This document shows, one piece after another, positions 24,351-39,500 of a DNA stretch of 64,000 nucleotides. The notes beneath the pieces are model-generated. The model made no database searches. It was not told the DNA's origin and saw nothing but the letters and a program-made list of their open reading frames with translations. This DNA is from Epiperipatus broadwayi. Lineage: Eukaryota > Animalia > Onychophora. The stretch covers positions 7,750,001 through 7,814,000 of the forward strand of contig JAQFVV010000002.1 in the NCBI GenBank assembly GCA_028023455.1, read 5' to 3'. The position numbers and the translations under genes were made by a program. The stretch's first letter is position 1, and the number at the start of each line of letters is the position of its first letter.

Positions 24351-27300
24351 CCAACCATGTAATCATATTTCTTTTTAATTTAGATTTTATTATAAAAAAC
24401 ACTATTTAAGTTTATTTCTGTGATTTAACTTCTTTTATTGCAAGTCATACACAATAATAATGTATTTAAGATATTTATAATTTTAAACCTCTAATTTATT
24501 GCTAACAATCCTTATTTTCTTTGTCATAAATCTATTAAATATTATTTTTAGTCTTACTTTTTTGCTTTTATCTAGTAGTTCTTGTAATATTTCTTTCTCT
24601 TCTGAAGAATTGTTTGAAAAAAAAAAACAATCACATTCATTGATTTATGTAATTTTTTTTTTTTGTATAAGAATCAAGAGTTTAACTTGTAAATAATAAT
24701 TATTGTACATATACTCTAACTTAGTTATTTCTTAAATATATTATATATTCTAAACACTATACATTTAATAGCCATAATTTATTTACATTAATTTTAAAAC
24801 TTATTAGGATTAACATTGACAATTTAATATTACTGTATATTCAATCATTAATACAATTGTCCATAGGTTTTATTATATTTTATTTCTTATTTTAGTTTGT
24901 CATTAAGCTTTTTTGTTGTGCTTTAATAATTTTTTAAAAATATAATAATACTAAAGATAATTTAAAAAAATAAGATAGTTATAAAAAAAAGCACTAATCA
25001 CATTATGTGTTGAGTTTACTTATATTTCTCAGATATTCAAATTTTTTTAATAATATTATATTAACAAAACATATGAAATAAATGTGAATTAAGATAGGAA
25101 AATGACTTGATAATATTTATTGTAAATTATCATTTATTATAGATGTGATATAAATAACATCTTATGGAAAAGAATAGATGTATTAAATGTCATTTACAGA
25201 TTATTGTTTAATATTAAATAAAAATCATTGAAAATAAGTAAAATTCAAATGCATCTGTAAATAATGCAGATAGTGAATAAATAAAAAATGGAATTATCAC
25301 TATTTTATAAGAAATGTTAAGAGTAGGTTACAGGTGTTTTTTAAGACTACAATTTATAGATAAAAAAAAATGCAGAATTATTTTTCATTTGGTTGGTTAA
25401 AGCATGCATTCAGATATATTAAAGAATTAGATGGTGAATGTTGAAGAATAAATAGGCATACTTAGTTCTGTTTGCCTGAAGGCATGTTGAGTAACTAGGC
25501 AAAAATACAATTATATTTGATCATCATTAGTGGTGTATTTTTAAGTGTTTGTCACTTTGATAACAGTTTATAATAGTATTTCATTTTTGTACTCTATATA
25601 TAGTAGACTGAACATATGAATATACTCTTAAGGCATATAATATTTTTAACATGTGTTAGGAATGCAAACAAGATATATATTAATGCTAAATAATAGAAGG
25701 AGTGAATTATTATTTTAAACAATGGGGTGAATTTTAATGATGACAGAATGTGTTAAAAAGCAAATAAAGAACAGTTTTAAATATATTGTGATTTGTGTGG
25801 ATGTATGATTAAAAATATAAAGTATTTAATATTAAAATGTAATGAATTTGGAAATGATAAATAACAAGAATAAGAATCATATAATTAATGCTCAGGAATT
25901 TGAATGACCAGCATTAAAATAATAGGTTGAATCAGCAATTCTTTTAAACTGATCAAACTGAGGGAGGGGGGGTTATTACTTTTTTCATGTAGGAGTTACT
26001 TCAAAAATATTTAGCTACTGAGTCTATAACTCTCATCTCTGTAATGATTAATACAGGATATATAAACAAATAATGAAACAGAAATTATAATAAAAAGATT
26101 TGACAGTTTTTTATTTGTGTTTGATAAAAATATTAATGAAATTAGGAATATCATAGTGAAGGAAATGAAAATTTTTTGAGAATTAAAAAAAAAATTCCTG
26201 GGAAAGATATTGCAAATTTATAGCCAACACAGTCTGTTTGCAGCTGACTTTAGATTTGGAAAAGCTGCACCACATTATGACATGCTGTAAATTATTATCA
26301 ATTAAATATTTATTTTCTAACCTTATATCTTTATAAACTCATTTACTTATTTCCTTCTAGTACTTCTTTCCATTTACATAACCAAGTCATTTCCCCTTTT
26401 GTTTTCATCTATCTCATTTTAATAAAAACTGTTTCATTAGGTCCAATATCTCATCATATATTACCATTTTTGTCATAACAACCTAAACAAAATGACAAAA
26501 AAACTTTTCATCTTTCACTGCCACTCTTATATTTATTTAACATTCTATCCATATCTTTCAGTTTTCTCTCTCCCATCTTTATCTAAATCACATTCAATTT
26601 ATTTTATTCTAGGACTCACTATTAATCAATCAGTTAATAAATTTAATGATACACACAATCTAACAGAAAATTATCTATATTTAGTGCATTATCATTGCCT
26701 TTAGTTTTTCAACATAAATAAACTTTTAAATTTTACTTTTGCAATATTCTATTACCCTCAGAAATATTAAATCCATTTCTAAAAAAAACGTTTTGTAATT
26801 CAAGATAATATCTTAGATATTGCCTAATTTTTTTCCTTATCTCAGCTGGGAATTAATTCAGAAATGTTTATTCTTTCAATCCATTACTTACATTAATGTA
26901 CTTAACAACAGCATGCATTAAAATCCACATACATAATTATTAGTTTGTCATTACTTGAAAGCTAACTAATATCATTATTTCCATTCTGTTTATTTAATAA
27001 CTTTTCCCATTTCATTTTTATGAGTTTTTTATTTATAGTTTTGTTTATTTGAAATCTATAAACAAAACTATAAATAAATTGAATATGATGAATAATTATA
27101 ATATTTAATGAACTTTGTTTAATCATTTAATAACATAGTTAACTTTATACAGAATACATTAACTATCTCATTTCATTGGGGCAATAGTTAATGGATCCAT
27201 CTGCTATGGCATAATTTGGAATTCAAATTTGGGCTAGATAAAATTTGGAATCAGTCTTATGATTTTTTTCTTTCAATAGCTAGTCTGCAGCCATCTATTT

Positions 27301-29329
27301 TTAGCTTTACTACTCTCTTACTGGAAATCCTTGTAATGTCTTTTTCTTGAATGTTACTCTCGAGTGAAGTGAATTGCAAAAGTCTTTACTCTGTAATGGG
27401 CTTATTTAAAATGCTGTTTAAATTTTACCTGAATTACTAGTTAATTATAATTCTAAAATATTTTGCATATTATCAAATAATCAAAATTAAAATAGTAACT
27501 ATGTAGACATTTATAATATTGAAGATTTGTGAAGAAAATGAATATTATCTATGCAACATTAATGTAACTAAGTTATCAATGCAAACAAACAAATTAAGAG
27601 ATTATTAACTTGTTAACAAAACAAAAATTGTAAATGCATTAAATATTTAATCACAATTTATTTATTTCCATCTCATAGGCAAGGTTGATCTTTATTTCTT
27701 TAACAACTTTAATAATAATGTTTAAAGTCTGAAATATATGTCTATATATTGTAACATCTTTTGTTAGGTTCAAACTTGGAATTATAGAGTTTTTAAAAAT
27801 AAAAAATAAAAATGAATATTTTTTCTCATTGATTTATGTGTTGTCAATTATTTTAAAGCAATCATGGTATATATATATATATTTGATATGTGGTTATTGA
27901 GAATGCAGCAAGATCTGAAATAATGGTGTTTGTGATTTTTGTTAATATTTTTTTTTTTGTTTATAAGTGATATAATAGATTCTTTGTTGCAATTAAGTTA
28001 ATATTTTGTTATAGGAGGATTATTTAAATTAAAATACATACCAATAAATTTATTTTATTAATATTTTATTTATTCATATCTTATGTTACGGCATACATTC
28101 AGTAATCCACATATAAACATAAACAAATAGTAAAATATTATATCATGGATGTATATAGTTGTACATGTGTTTTGTTTGGATAGTCAAAGTGATTTTAGAT
28201 TGTATTATGTAAAGATAATATTATTTTATATAATTATTGTAATTTTTTTATTAAAATGTATAATATTTTATATTAAATAAAAAAGTATACGAAAAGTATT
28301 TATTTATTTAAAAAAAAAATTAAGCTATGGTTTTTTTAAAAAAATGTAAATTCATTGTATTAGTATTTTATTTTAAAATATTTATTTTAAAAGTTTAAAA
28401 CATTTTGTTCAGGAATATTGATGTCTTTAAATACAAAATGGTGACAATTTATAGTAAAAAGTTGTAAAATTGAGCAGATCAACAGTTACAGTATCCAGGT
28501 TAGTGACATCAATATTTTATCATTGGAGAAATCATATAAATACCTGTGTTTTGAAATTGAGTTTTTTTTTCATTTTAATGGAGAGCTAAATAAAAATAAA
28601 TGATGCTTTCAAAAGGCATAGTCTTTTGAGAGATCTGTAATGACTTGAACTAAAATTATCTTGAAGCATTATATAATAAAACTGGATGAAAGTATGCAAT
28701 GCTCTACATGATGGAATTTTAAAGTATATGTTGTATGCCATAAACAACTAAACTTGAACAAAATGAGTAATAATTTGGGTTGCTAAAAAGGTTTAATCTA
28801 TTTAAGAGAATATATAATGCTTATTTTGTATGATGACAAAATATCAATAATGCCAAGATTTACTATGATAGATACATTAATAAAGAATGCTTGCTTCTAT
28901 AATTTTATGACATTATAATTGTGAAATATATCTTTGGAACTTGGATAAACTTAAATATATTTCACATTATGGATTTTTTTTGTATCAAGTTTGAAAAGAA
29001 ACACCAGGAATTTTGAACTATAAAACATTGCATAATATTTTATTATTATTGTATATATTATAAAATATGTTTATATAATAGTTCATTTAAATGATATGCA
29101 ACAATCTTTGGAAATATTCAGGTCATATATTTTATTTATTATGTAGTTATTTGTTCACATACTTGTTTAGTTTAAAGTATGTTTCCTTACATATAATTGA
29201 AATTAACCAAGGAGAAAATTAAATAAATTTAAAATGAAATCTTGTTGTTGTTTTTTTTTTTATCAAAATTTAACCTTAATTTTATATTGTAACTGATTCT
29301 TGCAGGTAACAATTAGAACTACTTCATGC

Positions 29330-30438
29330 ACCATAAATGAATTTATAATAATCTAAACCTACATCATAATAGACTCATAAATTTATAAGGTGCCAATGAG
29401 ACCATGTGTTGATAAGCATTTTATTTCGTAAATAAAAAATTCAATAAATAAATGATTTATTGTCTAGTGATGTATAGTTTAGAATATGTGAAACAATACT
29501 TTTGAAATAAAGTAATTTGTAAAATAAGTAAATCAAATGATGCCTAGATTAATAACAAAATGTAAGTTTATTAAGGTAACAGTCCAAAATTGAGTTCAAC
29601 AATTGTAACTTAAAATAATCCATTGTATTATTATAACCTATTCATCATAGATTGCAATTACCAAGTTATCATCTACATCTTAAACATGCATATTCAAAAG
29701 ATCTTTCACACTGTATGAAAAATTTCCCCCTTTTAAATATCTTTTAGTTCAGGTAATGTTTTCATCATCTTATTTAAAAATATTAATGTCAATAATCAAT
29801 ATAAGTCTTACTTACTTAATCTATAAATTGAGTTTTCTTGAAATAATATAAACAGCATCATTAAATTAGAATTGAAAAGAAAGAAATTTGATAAATATCT
29901 ATTAATATACTATTATTATTTTTTGGAATATTGAAGATAAAGTAAAAGTTAGTTTAGCAAAAAATTTTCAGAAATTATTTGTTTATATTGGTATCTGTTA
30001 CCAAAATCAATATCTTTAACAGTCAGATTACAGTTCCATTTTTCACAATGTTTTTCCATAACATTCCCAAGTTGACAGATGATGATTTAGTATTGTCATT
30101 AGATAGTATCCACCTATTATTTCTTAATTAACCACTGTAGTATGATTCATATCAAATCCAATGGTTCCATGGCTGCAAATGGTTCAGCAAATCCATTTCA
30201 TTTATTTTTACAGACATTAACTGAGGAGAGCTCACACTCTCTCCTTCATTGTCTCTACTCAATGTACATTATGGCTTATATCAAAATCCTTAGAATATTA
30301 AAAGAAAGCAGATAAAATGAACAAAATCCTTCTGTAGAAATAAAAAAGTTTTTTTTTTTTAGTTTTTCCATTACTTGGCTACAATGAAAAAAAAATTTTT
30401 TTTTGGCTTGTCAATTTTTTTTTAATGTTAACAAAGTC
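29330..30438 (+). repeat. Duplicated segment, copy A (continues at 36553-36810 after the LINE insertion)
   Basis: Collinear with 45700-47050, e.g. tgaatttataataatctaaacct, gtaagtttattaaggtaaca, acagacattaactgaggagagctca and, after the insertion, ataaatgatttctaattgttttctttattt. Confidence 0.9.
30214..30311 (+). pseudogene. Candidate 98-nt pseudo-exon (copy A)
   Basis: Polypyrimidine-CAG acceptor and open frame TLTEESSHSLLHCLYSMYIMAYIKILRILKES. The donor reads AT here but GT in copy B. Confidence 0.35.
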
Positions 30439-30786
<348 letters not shown>

Positions 30787-30841
30787 GTTGACTTTTGACC
30801 GGCCGTTTTCGAGTAAACCAAGTTTAAGTTGGTATCTGTGA

Positions 30842-30884
<43 letters not shown>

Positions 30885-31388
30885 TATTATTATCATCATC
30901 ATCATCATCATCATCATTCAAAAGGCCTTTATTGTCTCAAAAGAATACATTAATGGTTACTTAGTAGATTATGTGCTACAAGTTTTCCAATTACAACCAG
31001 GTTACAATTGTTATTACAATAATCAAGATAACGTCTTTATATTATATTGTCTTAATTGAATGTTACAGATTTGTTCATTATCAAATAAAGTGTTCAGAAT
31101 ATTATAGACAGTTGCATTTCAATAGTTATTAGGTGCACAAATATTACTGTAGCTATTACTGGATAGGGATGGGCTCTGTTCTTTTGTATTATTTCCTGTT
31201 TTATTATTTATTTATTTTTGTTTTCCCTTGCTGGTGCTCCATATTACTTAGTTATCATTTCCTTGATTATGTTACAACCTTGCTCTGTGTTTAAGCAGAG
31301 ACCAGATAGCTGCATAGATGTCTGGACTTGTTATCAATTTGTCCCGGATTTGTATTTGCATTAACTTGTGTTCAAAAGTTGATGGATG

Positions 31389-34300
31389 TCACCTTGTGTT
31401 ATTTCCCATTAGGAATGTACATCTTGTGCACCATAGTGAATATAGAACAAAAGTTGCTTCCCTAATCAGTGGTATTGTTTTACTTTGGAAAGCCATCATT
31501 ACTTGTTCCATTGTGGTTTTATTTTTCCTATATATGTTGCAAAGTATAACTCTTACTTGTTCCAGACCTTTGCAGTGATACAGTAAGTGCTGGACAGTTT
31601 CTTCATTCTGATGGCATAAGCTGCATAAAGGATCCATGTCTCTAGGTAGTCTTCTATGTACCAGAAAGAATGTGGTTGGGAGGGCATCTAAGTTTATTTT
31701 AAGGATAAAATTGAAAAATTTTGGTTCTAAATCCCATTTCTTGTATTTTTTAATTAATACTTTATTGTTTATTTTTAATAGTGGTAATATTTCATTGTTG
31801 GTGGTATGGTTCTGCATTAGTTCATAGATTTCCCAATATTTATATTATTTTGTCCATTGGTTGGGGATTTTTTCTATTGCATTACAGTGGTATATTGCCG
31901 ATTGAATGAGTGAGTCTTTTGGGAGTGGTCTATCAGTAGGTGTTATTTTAATTAGATGTTTTAATTTTGTAAATTGATTAATTAAGGCAATTGTTGTATT
32001 TTTTTTGTTTTTGCATGTGGAAAATGTTGAGGCTGTGTAGGCCAAGGCCATTTTTTATTAGTGGTCAGCTAAGATTTTTAATCGATATGGCCACTGTTTT
32101 CCTGGCCCACATAAGTTTACAGAATATGGAGTTAATTTTCCGGATGAAACCTTTAGAAAAAACAATTACTGGCATGTAGTATGTTATTCTAGTCATGATT
32201 AGCCTGTTGATTAGTTGTGTCTTTGCATATATTGATAGATATGCTTTAGATAATGAATTTGCTATTTTTTCAACATCTTCTTTGAGTTTGTTTTGTATGT
32301 GACAGCGCATTCTTGTGGTGCCCATATAAAATGGAAAACCCAGAAAGGGATTTGGTTTTCCCTGAAATACGGACTCACATGGTTTTCCTGAGAATATATG
32401 CCAAGATGCAGATTTTGCTGGATTTATCTTCAGTCCATCATTGACTGAATATTCTTCCACTATCTTGTTCAACCGCAGTATCTGCTTTTTAGAAGTTAGA
32501 AAGACCGTGATATCATCCATATATGCCAAACATGCTATTTTTTGTGTTGATCCTGGTATCTGTATGCCGTCAAAGGATTTATTTATTTCTTTAATTAAGG
32601 GGTTAATATAAAAAATAAAGAGTAGAGCACTTAAAGGTGAACCCTGTGATAGTGACTGGGTGGAGTAGAATGAGGGAGAATTTTTACCATTAAGTGTTCA
32701 CGGTTTATTAATAGGTTTGCTACTATATATAGCATCTATCTGGGGATGTCCATGGTTTCAAGCATCTCTAGCAATACAGATATGTTGACAGTGTCAAAGG
32801 CTGATGCTATATCCAGTTGTATGACCAGAGGGCTATATATTTTTTATTTCTTACAGTTACCATTATAGTTTTGAAAAGTAAAGCTGCTTGTGTAGTTGAA
32901 GATTTTTTCTTAGCAAACTGAGTATCCGAGATGGAAGGCATCAAAAATGGCTCTATTGTTTCTTTTATTACCTTTTCCAGTATCTTCATTGGATGTGGTC
33001 TCATGGATATAGGTCTTATGTCTTCAAGTGCAGAAATTTTTTTATTCTTTTTATTGTAAGGTACTATTGCTATGGGGTACACTCCCTGTACACTTCTAAT
33101 TTCTTGGGCTAGATGGTTTGCCAGATTACAAAGATATTTTGAAGTGAATTGGCTAAGGTGTTTTAAGACAAAAAGTGATATTACTGGGCTTCCAGGGTGA
33201 CAGTTATTGTTCATTTCATTCATTTTTTTAATGAAATCATCTGCCGTGAATAAATTTTCATTTTTTGGTGGTCCAAATATGTGTGCTGTCCACTGTATTG
33301 GTGGTGCTGATCGGAGTTTGTCTCTAAAATGTTCAAACATTGTCATTATTATATTTTGGCCAGCAAATATTCCTCTTTGGGTTTGTATGGCCATTGGTAC
33401 TTTAATTTCAGGTACACTTCCAAGGGCCCTTTTTCTTGTATTTACATGAGCATGTATGTTGCTGGGTGATGCATAATTTGGTTTTTTAAATTTTTAGATA
33501 CTTTTTTTAGGGACTGACAAGCCTTATATTATTCGTGTTAAGTTTCTTATATAATTTTGGGTGTGATGTGTAGGCGTGATTGCTGTAAGTTTTTCATGTA
33601 TTTTATCAGCATATTCTAATAGCTTGGATGGTGATGGTCTATTCATTACTATGTGGTTTATATTAAAAGACAAAACATTGATAAAAGCTTGGTATTGTTG
33701 TATAGGGTTTAGTTTTATTTGTTTTAGTTTTTCTAGCATTATATAGGTTTCAGAAAAGAAATTCTGGGGTTGACTTGGGAAGAAGGATTCTGATTGTTTT
33801 TGTTAGTGGTGAAATGTTAGTTTGCATTGGGTTTAGATTAATAGTTATTATTTGTGCAGAGTGATCGGAGAAGCCCGATGGTATGAGGTTTATTTTTATT
33901 AAGTGATGTAGAGTTGGTGAATAAAAGCATAAGTCTATCAGTGATTTAAATCGACCATTATGGAATGAGACAGCATCCTGAGAAAGAAAACCTTTTCCAC
34001 TCATTAGTGGAACTTGTATTTTGTGGAGCCATTTTTTAGTAAATTCCAGATACGATGTGTTGCAGTCATCAACCAAGATGGTGGGATCTGCCATGGTGGC
34101 TAATCTTGAATTTATTGACATGATTATTGTTTCAATTCTTTGTTTATTTATTGGCATATATACAAAAATTACATTGATTGTCATTATTTTGTGACTGAAT
34201 GTAGTGATTAGGAGATTTGAATCAATGTAAGTGATTTTGAAAGTTTGAAATGGACAATGATTTGCAATTATTAGGGCAGATCCTGCTGATGGTGATGTTG

Positions 34301-34493
34301 CATCTCTGGAACCTGCATAGAATCCTTCAGTACCAAAGTATTTGGATGGGTCTACTTGTGACCCTGCATAGATTTTGGTTTCTAGTAGACCTGTAATGTG
34401 TGGTTTGATTTGTTGTATCCAGTGTTTTACTTTGTATATTTTTTGGGTTGAATTTAAACCCCTGATATTGATTGCAGCAATTTTTATTTTCAT
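31389..34493 (-). pseudogene. LINE ORF2 (APE endonuclease, RT, CCHC), broken into fragments
   Basis: KIAAINIRGLN, LLETK, ILVDDCN, SLIDLCF, SDHS; IRPISM, QGSPLS, AYMDDI, GLKINPAKS; CSLCHQNEETVQHLLYHC. Confidence 0.92.
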
Positions 34494-34626
34494 TTTGATT
34501 ACACATATATATATTTTCTTTGGTAATTTTCCTTTGATCAGTAAATGGGCTTTTTATTGTTTTAAATTTTGTTGAGTGTCTAATTCAATTATATGTTATT
34601 TTTAGTGGTAATGTGGCTTTGATCAG

Positions 34627-36015
34627 TTAGTATTTTTTACTAGTTTTTGTATTGGGGTGTGCTTCTGATTCATCTTCATAGTCTTGATTAGTATTTTCAT
34701 CAGAGGTTTCAGTAGTCTGATATGTATGCTCAGAGTTGATGATTACATTATCTTCTGATCTTACTTTAATTTTTTTATATTTTTTTTTTGGTGGCCGGCC
34801 TGGCTTTCTTTTTTGCTCTTTTTCTATTATTTTGTTTTGTGGTATATCTAGTGCTATTTTTTCTAAGATTTCTGTGGCTGTATTATTTCTAATTGTTTGT
34901 TTTAGTGGTAAGTTGGAATAATTGTTGATGTTTTTATTTTTGTGTGTAGAATCATCTTCTTCCATCTGAGATTCTACATCTGTGATATTTCCATATTCCT
35001 TTATTTGTTCTTCACTGTTTATTTGCAGATCATTATTTGTTTGATCTTTTATTTTAGTTTGGGTGCTTTTCAGTTTTATATTTTCTCTTGTGATTATATT
35101 TTGATTTTCAGTTTTTTCTTGTGATTGATTACTAATGATGAGTTTTGTTGTGCTGTTTTTCCACTCTTCATTTTTATTAATCTTTTCCATTGTCAAGTTT
35201 AGTGGTTCGTTCTTATCTTGTATTGTTAAGATAGTTTGTTTTTCCCTATTTTCTTGTTGTTGAAGACTTGTATGTATTTTGCTGCTTTCTGCATTATTTA
35301 TTATTTGTTTTTGGGCTTGGTTTTGTTCTGGGATTTCCTTTGTTTGCTGGTCACTCCTGCGATCTTTCCTTGTATGGCAGTCTCCTGCCAGATGACCTCT
35401 TTCTCCACATGCATAGCATTTTGGCCTGAGTCCTTTTATTTGAAGGGTGAGGACTGCTTCTTGATCAATAATCTGGTTAGGAATTTCTTCAGGATTGATG
35501 TTTTCTTTTAGTTTGATTTTGAAATAGAAGCTGTTGGTATGTATAGGGATTGGAGTATCGTTACAGTAGATAGGCTTGATATAGATTGCCTGACCATAGG
35601 GGTGAATTAGTTTGGTAAAATCTTGTATGCTACATCCAAAATATGTATTTTTTAAAATGCCTGTGTAGTAGTTTTGTATATTTTTGTCAACCACCACTAA
35701 AGCATAATTTTCTAATGTCTGGACTTTTATTTGAAATACTTCACATTGATTTTTATTGTAAAATTCTATAGCTAAATATCTGGAGTTGGGATATTCTCCA
35801 ATAGTCATGATGCTATCCCATAATACTTGTGTTGTTAATTCCTTAAATAGGAGTTCTCTTGGGAATTTATAGAGGGATAAATTTTTGTCTGTAACTGCTA
35901 GTATTAACGATTTGTCAGAAATTTTTTTTTTAAAACTATTAAATAATTTTGGGGGTATGGTATTATTAAATCTAGAATTAATATCTTTTATTTCTTCATT
36001 CATCCAGTTGATCAT
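34627..36015 (-). CDS. LINE ORF1 (gag-like, zinc knuckle); the original start is probably the ATG at 36239, with a frameshift
   Basis: 462-aa ORF containing CYACGERGHLAGDC. Confidence 0.85.
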   Translation of the reverse strand: MINWMNEEIKDINSRFNNTIPPKLFNSFKKKISDKSLILAVTDKNLSLYKFPRELLFKELTTQVLWDSIMTIGEYPNSRYLAIEFYNKNQCEVFQIKVQTLENYALVVVDKNIQNYYTGILKNTYFGCSIQDFTKLIHPYGQAIYIKPIYCNDTPIPIHTNSFYFKIKLKENINPEEIPNQIIDQEAVLTLQIKGLRPKCYACGERGHLAGDCHTRKDRRSDQQTKEIPEQNQAQKQIINNAESSKIHTSLQQQENREKQTILTIQDKNEPLNLTMEKINKNEEWKNSTTKLIISNQSQEKTENQNIITRENIKLKSTQTKIKDQTNNDLQINSEEQIKEYGNITDVESQMEEDDSTHKNKNINNYSNLPLKQTIRNNTATEILEKIALDIPQNKIIEKEQKRKPGRPPKKKYKKIKVRSEDNVIINSEHTYQTTETSDENTNQDYEDESEAHPNTKTSKKY

Positions 36016-36456
36016 TGATGGTTCTAGCTCAAATTCATCACCGATATATATATCATTTATGTCTGTTTGATTTACTTTTCTAAATCTAGATTGACTTAAA
36101 TTGGTATTTTGTTTATTCTCTTGGTGTTGTATATTAGATTTTGTGCATTTGCGTAAGTTTTTTGATTCGATATCATATTTTTCATTGGGTTGAGCATTTT
36201 GGAGCTATTTGACTTGTCAATTTTAAATCTTGATGCCATGTTTATCTTTTGATGTTGATTAAATATAATTTAAAAAAACGATGAATTTCTTACCTTTTTT
36301 ATTTTAAAAGCACTTCAAAAACATTTACGATTGTTATCTAGATTGAGGAAACCTTTTACTTTAAAGATTTAGTTGAATTCCTTTTGTCTTTCAAAACTTT
36401 TAGGTAACAACGTTAATCAGGTTGTTCCATTTTTTAGACAGCAGGACCGCAGATGA

Positions 36457-36499
<43 letters not shown>

Positions 36500-36509
36500 G
36501 TTATTATTA

Positions 36510-36553
<44 letters not shown>
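36457..36553. repeat. (ATT)n microsatellite, about 32 units, with two GTT interruptions
   Basis: Direct reading. Confidence 0.95.
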
Positions 36554-36555
<2 letters not shown>

Positions 36556-39500
36556 ATATGACAAATTAAATATTTTATTTTCACTCTAAATTTCAATTTA
36601 TTTATTAAACATAATTCTCAATGATACACTTTTCATACAATTATGTAATTCTACCAAAGTTTTACTGTTCAAGTTAATTTTACCTTTTTGTATTAATTTG
36701 AACAGTACAAGTTTGGTAGGATTATTAAACATAAATGATTTCTAATTGTTTTCTTTATTTATCTGTAGACTATAAGTAAATAATACATGATAAATGTGCA
36801 TGTCATATAATCCTACCTTTAATGTAAAAAAGAAAATAATTCTAAACAATATAAAGTTATGGCTTATTCTTAATTAAATCTTCCATTAACAATTTAGAAT
36901 TAATTAAGTTCATATTACTATAATAATAGAATCAATCCTCTTTTTTAATTCACTACATATCTAAGACATTGGTTTATGATATGATTTTAAATTATGAGCA
37001 TTATATGTCTCTTTAATCTCTTTCATTTTCCAGAAAAAATGCATTTCCCCCAATAATTATTTTCTATGGTCCTTTATCTAATGGGAATTATATATATATA
37101 TATATTTAACAGGTTTGTTAGATGGCACACAATAATATAATGTTTGCACAAATATATATATATATATATATAAAGTAAAGGAAAAGTAGAAATAAACAAA
37201 GTTATAAATTTTTGTAGCTTTTTTCTACATTTCACTTGGAATAATAATGATTGTAAAGGATTGAATAATTCTGAATTTAAAATAAAATTTTATTATGAAA
37301 TAAACATTTAAAAAGGTCTGAATAAATATTAATATTGTATTATTATTATTATTATTCTGATTTTGAATTTAAAAACAAGCATGTTTTTTTTTTATTATTA
37401 ATGCTTATATACATTTCTTTATCTACTTTTAAAAATCTTTGTAGATTCAAAATTTCAAAGGATTAAAGTAAAAACATATAGATCACAATTTTGGTAAAAA
37501 GTAGTTTGTAATTAATAGTGATTTGAAAAGATTAAAATTAATTGTAATCAAACAAAAAACTTTTTCAATTAAGGTGTTTTTATCACCTAGACGACTCATA
37601 AATAGAATTGATAAAAATATCAGTTCAGTCTGGTTTTCAGTTTTGAACAGTATGGTTTTAATATTTTGAGAAGTAGCTGTCCAAATTGTCCAGCTGCAAA
37701 GTGAATAGTAATTTTTTGAAGACAGTTTTTGTCTTAATATTTTGAGAAATGGTGTCAAATTGGTCAAATGCAAAGTTTAGTTTTTGGTCAGAGTGAACTA
37801 ATAATATTTTTGAGAATAACAAACTGCAAAGATGGTTTCTAGAGCTATACAGATAGCTCCCATGAAGATGTAGCTGAAGTCAAGACAGGGGGCAGGTGCT
37901 TCTGATTCACTATACTGGAGTTTGAAACTTACAAGGAAGACCACTTCTCTGTCTCTAATGCCTTAAATGTGGAGAAACAGTTTTTGTTGGCTGGAAGCTC
38001 ATCAAATTCTAGATACAAAGGAACTGATTGGATACCAACATTTTACATGAATAATACCTTCATGATTATGACAATCTTGGATTATACCTGTCTCACCAAG
38101 ACTATCACACAAAAAGAAGCACAGATAACTGTATATGCAATGGTGATTAGCTTTATATATAATGAGAATGAAATTTTTAATAATTTCTGGCATTACATTA
38201 TTTTAAAATTAAAATAAAAGGAAAAAATAAATCATAAATAAAATTGATTTATTAAAAACACAAACGAAAATTAAAATAGTTATTTTAACATATATATAAT
38301 CACACAGATGGAAAATTATTAAAAAAATTATTTAAAAGAAAAGTTTACAAAAAAGTCAAGATCTAAAGATTAGTATTCTTGTTAAAACATAATATAAAAG
38401 AAAATAGAAACAAATATTAATTAATTTCTATTTAAAAGAATCATGCTTAAATCTTAGTGACTGGAAATGATTGTTCTATTAATTGAATCCAAAGCAAACA
38501 AGCTTTTGGGCATTTGTAATATAAAGGTCAGATAAGATAAAAATTAAAGATTATGTGTTTTCCACTCTGGAACAGATTGATCAAGGCAAGTACCAACAAA
38601 CACATGGGCCAGGAAAAAAACATCAGGACCAATAACATCATGTGCAATTGATCTGGAGAATTTCTGATAAGGGAGGCTATAAAATTATAAAAGATGAAAT
38701 ATTAAATTATTAACTTTTTTTACTTATTTAGAAAATGAATTAATTATTGATGCTTGAACTGCAGCTCCATTGCAGACACCTAAAATGTGGGATCTTGCAA
38801 TGAAGTAATTTTCTGTTGAGCACCAGCTGAGGTGGCTTCCAAATTTATAGTTCATGAACAGATGACATATAGTGGTATATCTCTACAGAAAGCCATAGAC
38901 AAAGGACATAACCAAGGACCTCCAGACACCTGCTGAAATCCGGAATGGTCATCAAGATTAACTGGAAAGTATGAACTTTTGTCATTATAGACTGTCTAAA
39001 TATATCTTTTCAATAAGCATTAATGTGTTAAAACTTCACTAATAATTATACTCTTATCTGAACATTAATAGAACTTTAAATTCATTATTAATATTGTTAT
39101 TTATGTATTATATTTGCTGATCAATCATTTCCATTTTAATTTTTTTTATGTGCTGAACTAAATTATTAACTTGTATTAGATTTAAAAATAGGTATAAATG
39201 GATGCACAGGTTTGTAAGATTATGTTAGTTTAAGTGGTTTAATTTTAGACTATTTGTCTTGTAGTTGAATCGGTGCTGGGGGATGTATGTATGGGTGTTT
39301 TATGTTAATGTGATGTTGGGAAGTGCATTGGATTTTCATTTCCTTGTAAGATGTTAGCATCAGGGCAATATACTTAATTGAATGCATGGCCAAAATCATG
39401 TTGCCAATGGACATAGATGTATTCACTGCACAATTGATCTTATGCTCTGGGTGATGATAGTAAGACTGTCAAGACTAATCCTCCATTATAGAGCATTCTA

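Larger units (their letters stand above)
30842..36456 (-). mobile_element. Near full-length L1/Tx1-type non-LTR retrotransposon with (TGA)n(TAA)n tail
   Basis: ORF1 with CCHC knuckle; ORF2 with APE, RT and C-terminal CCHC. AATAAA at ~30930 precedes the tail; (ATT)n on both sides. Confidence 0.9.
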
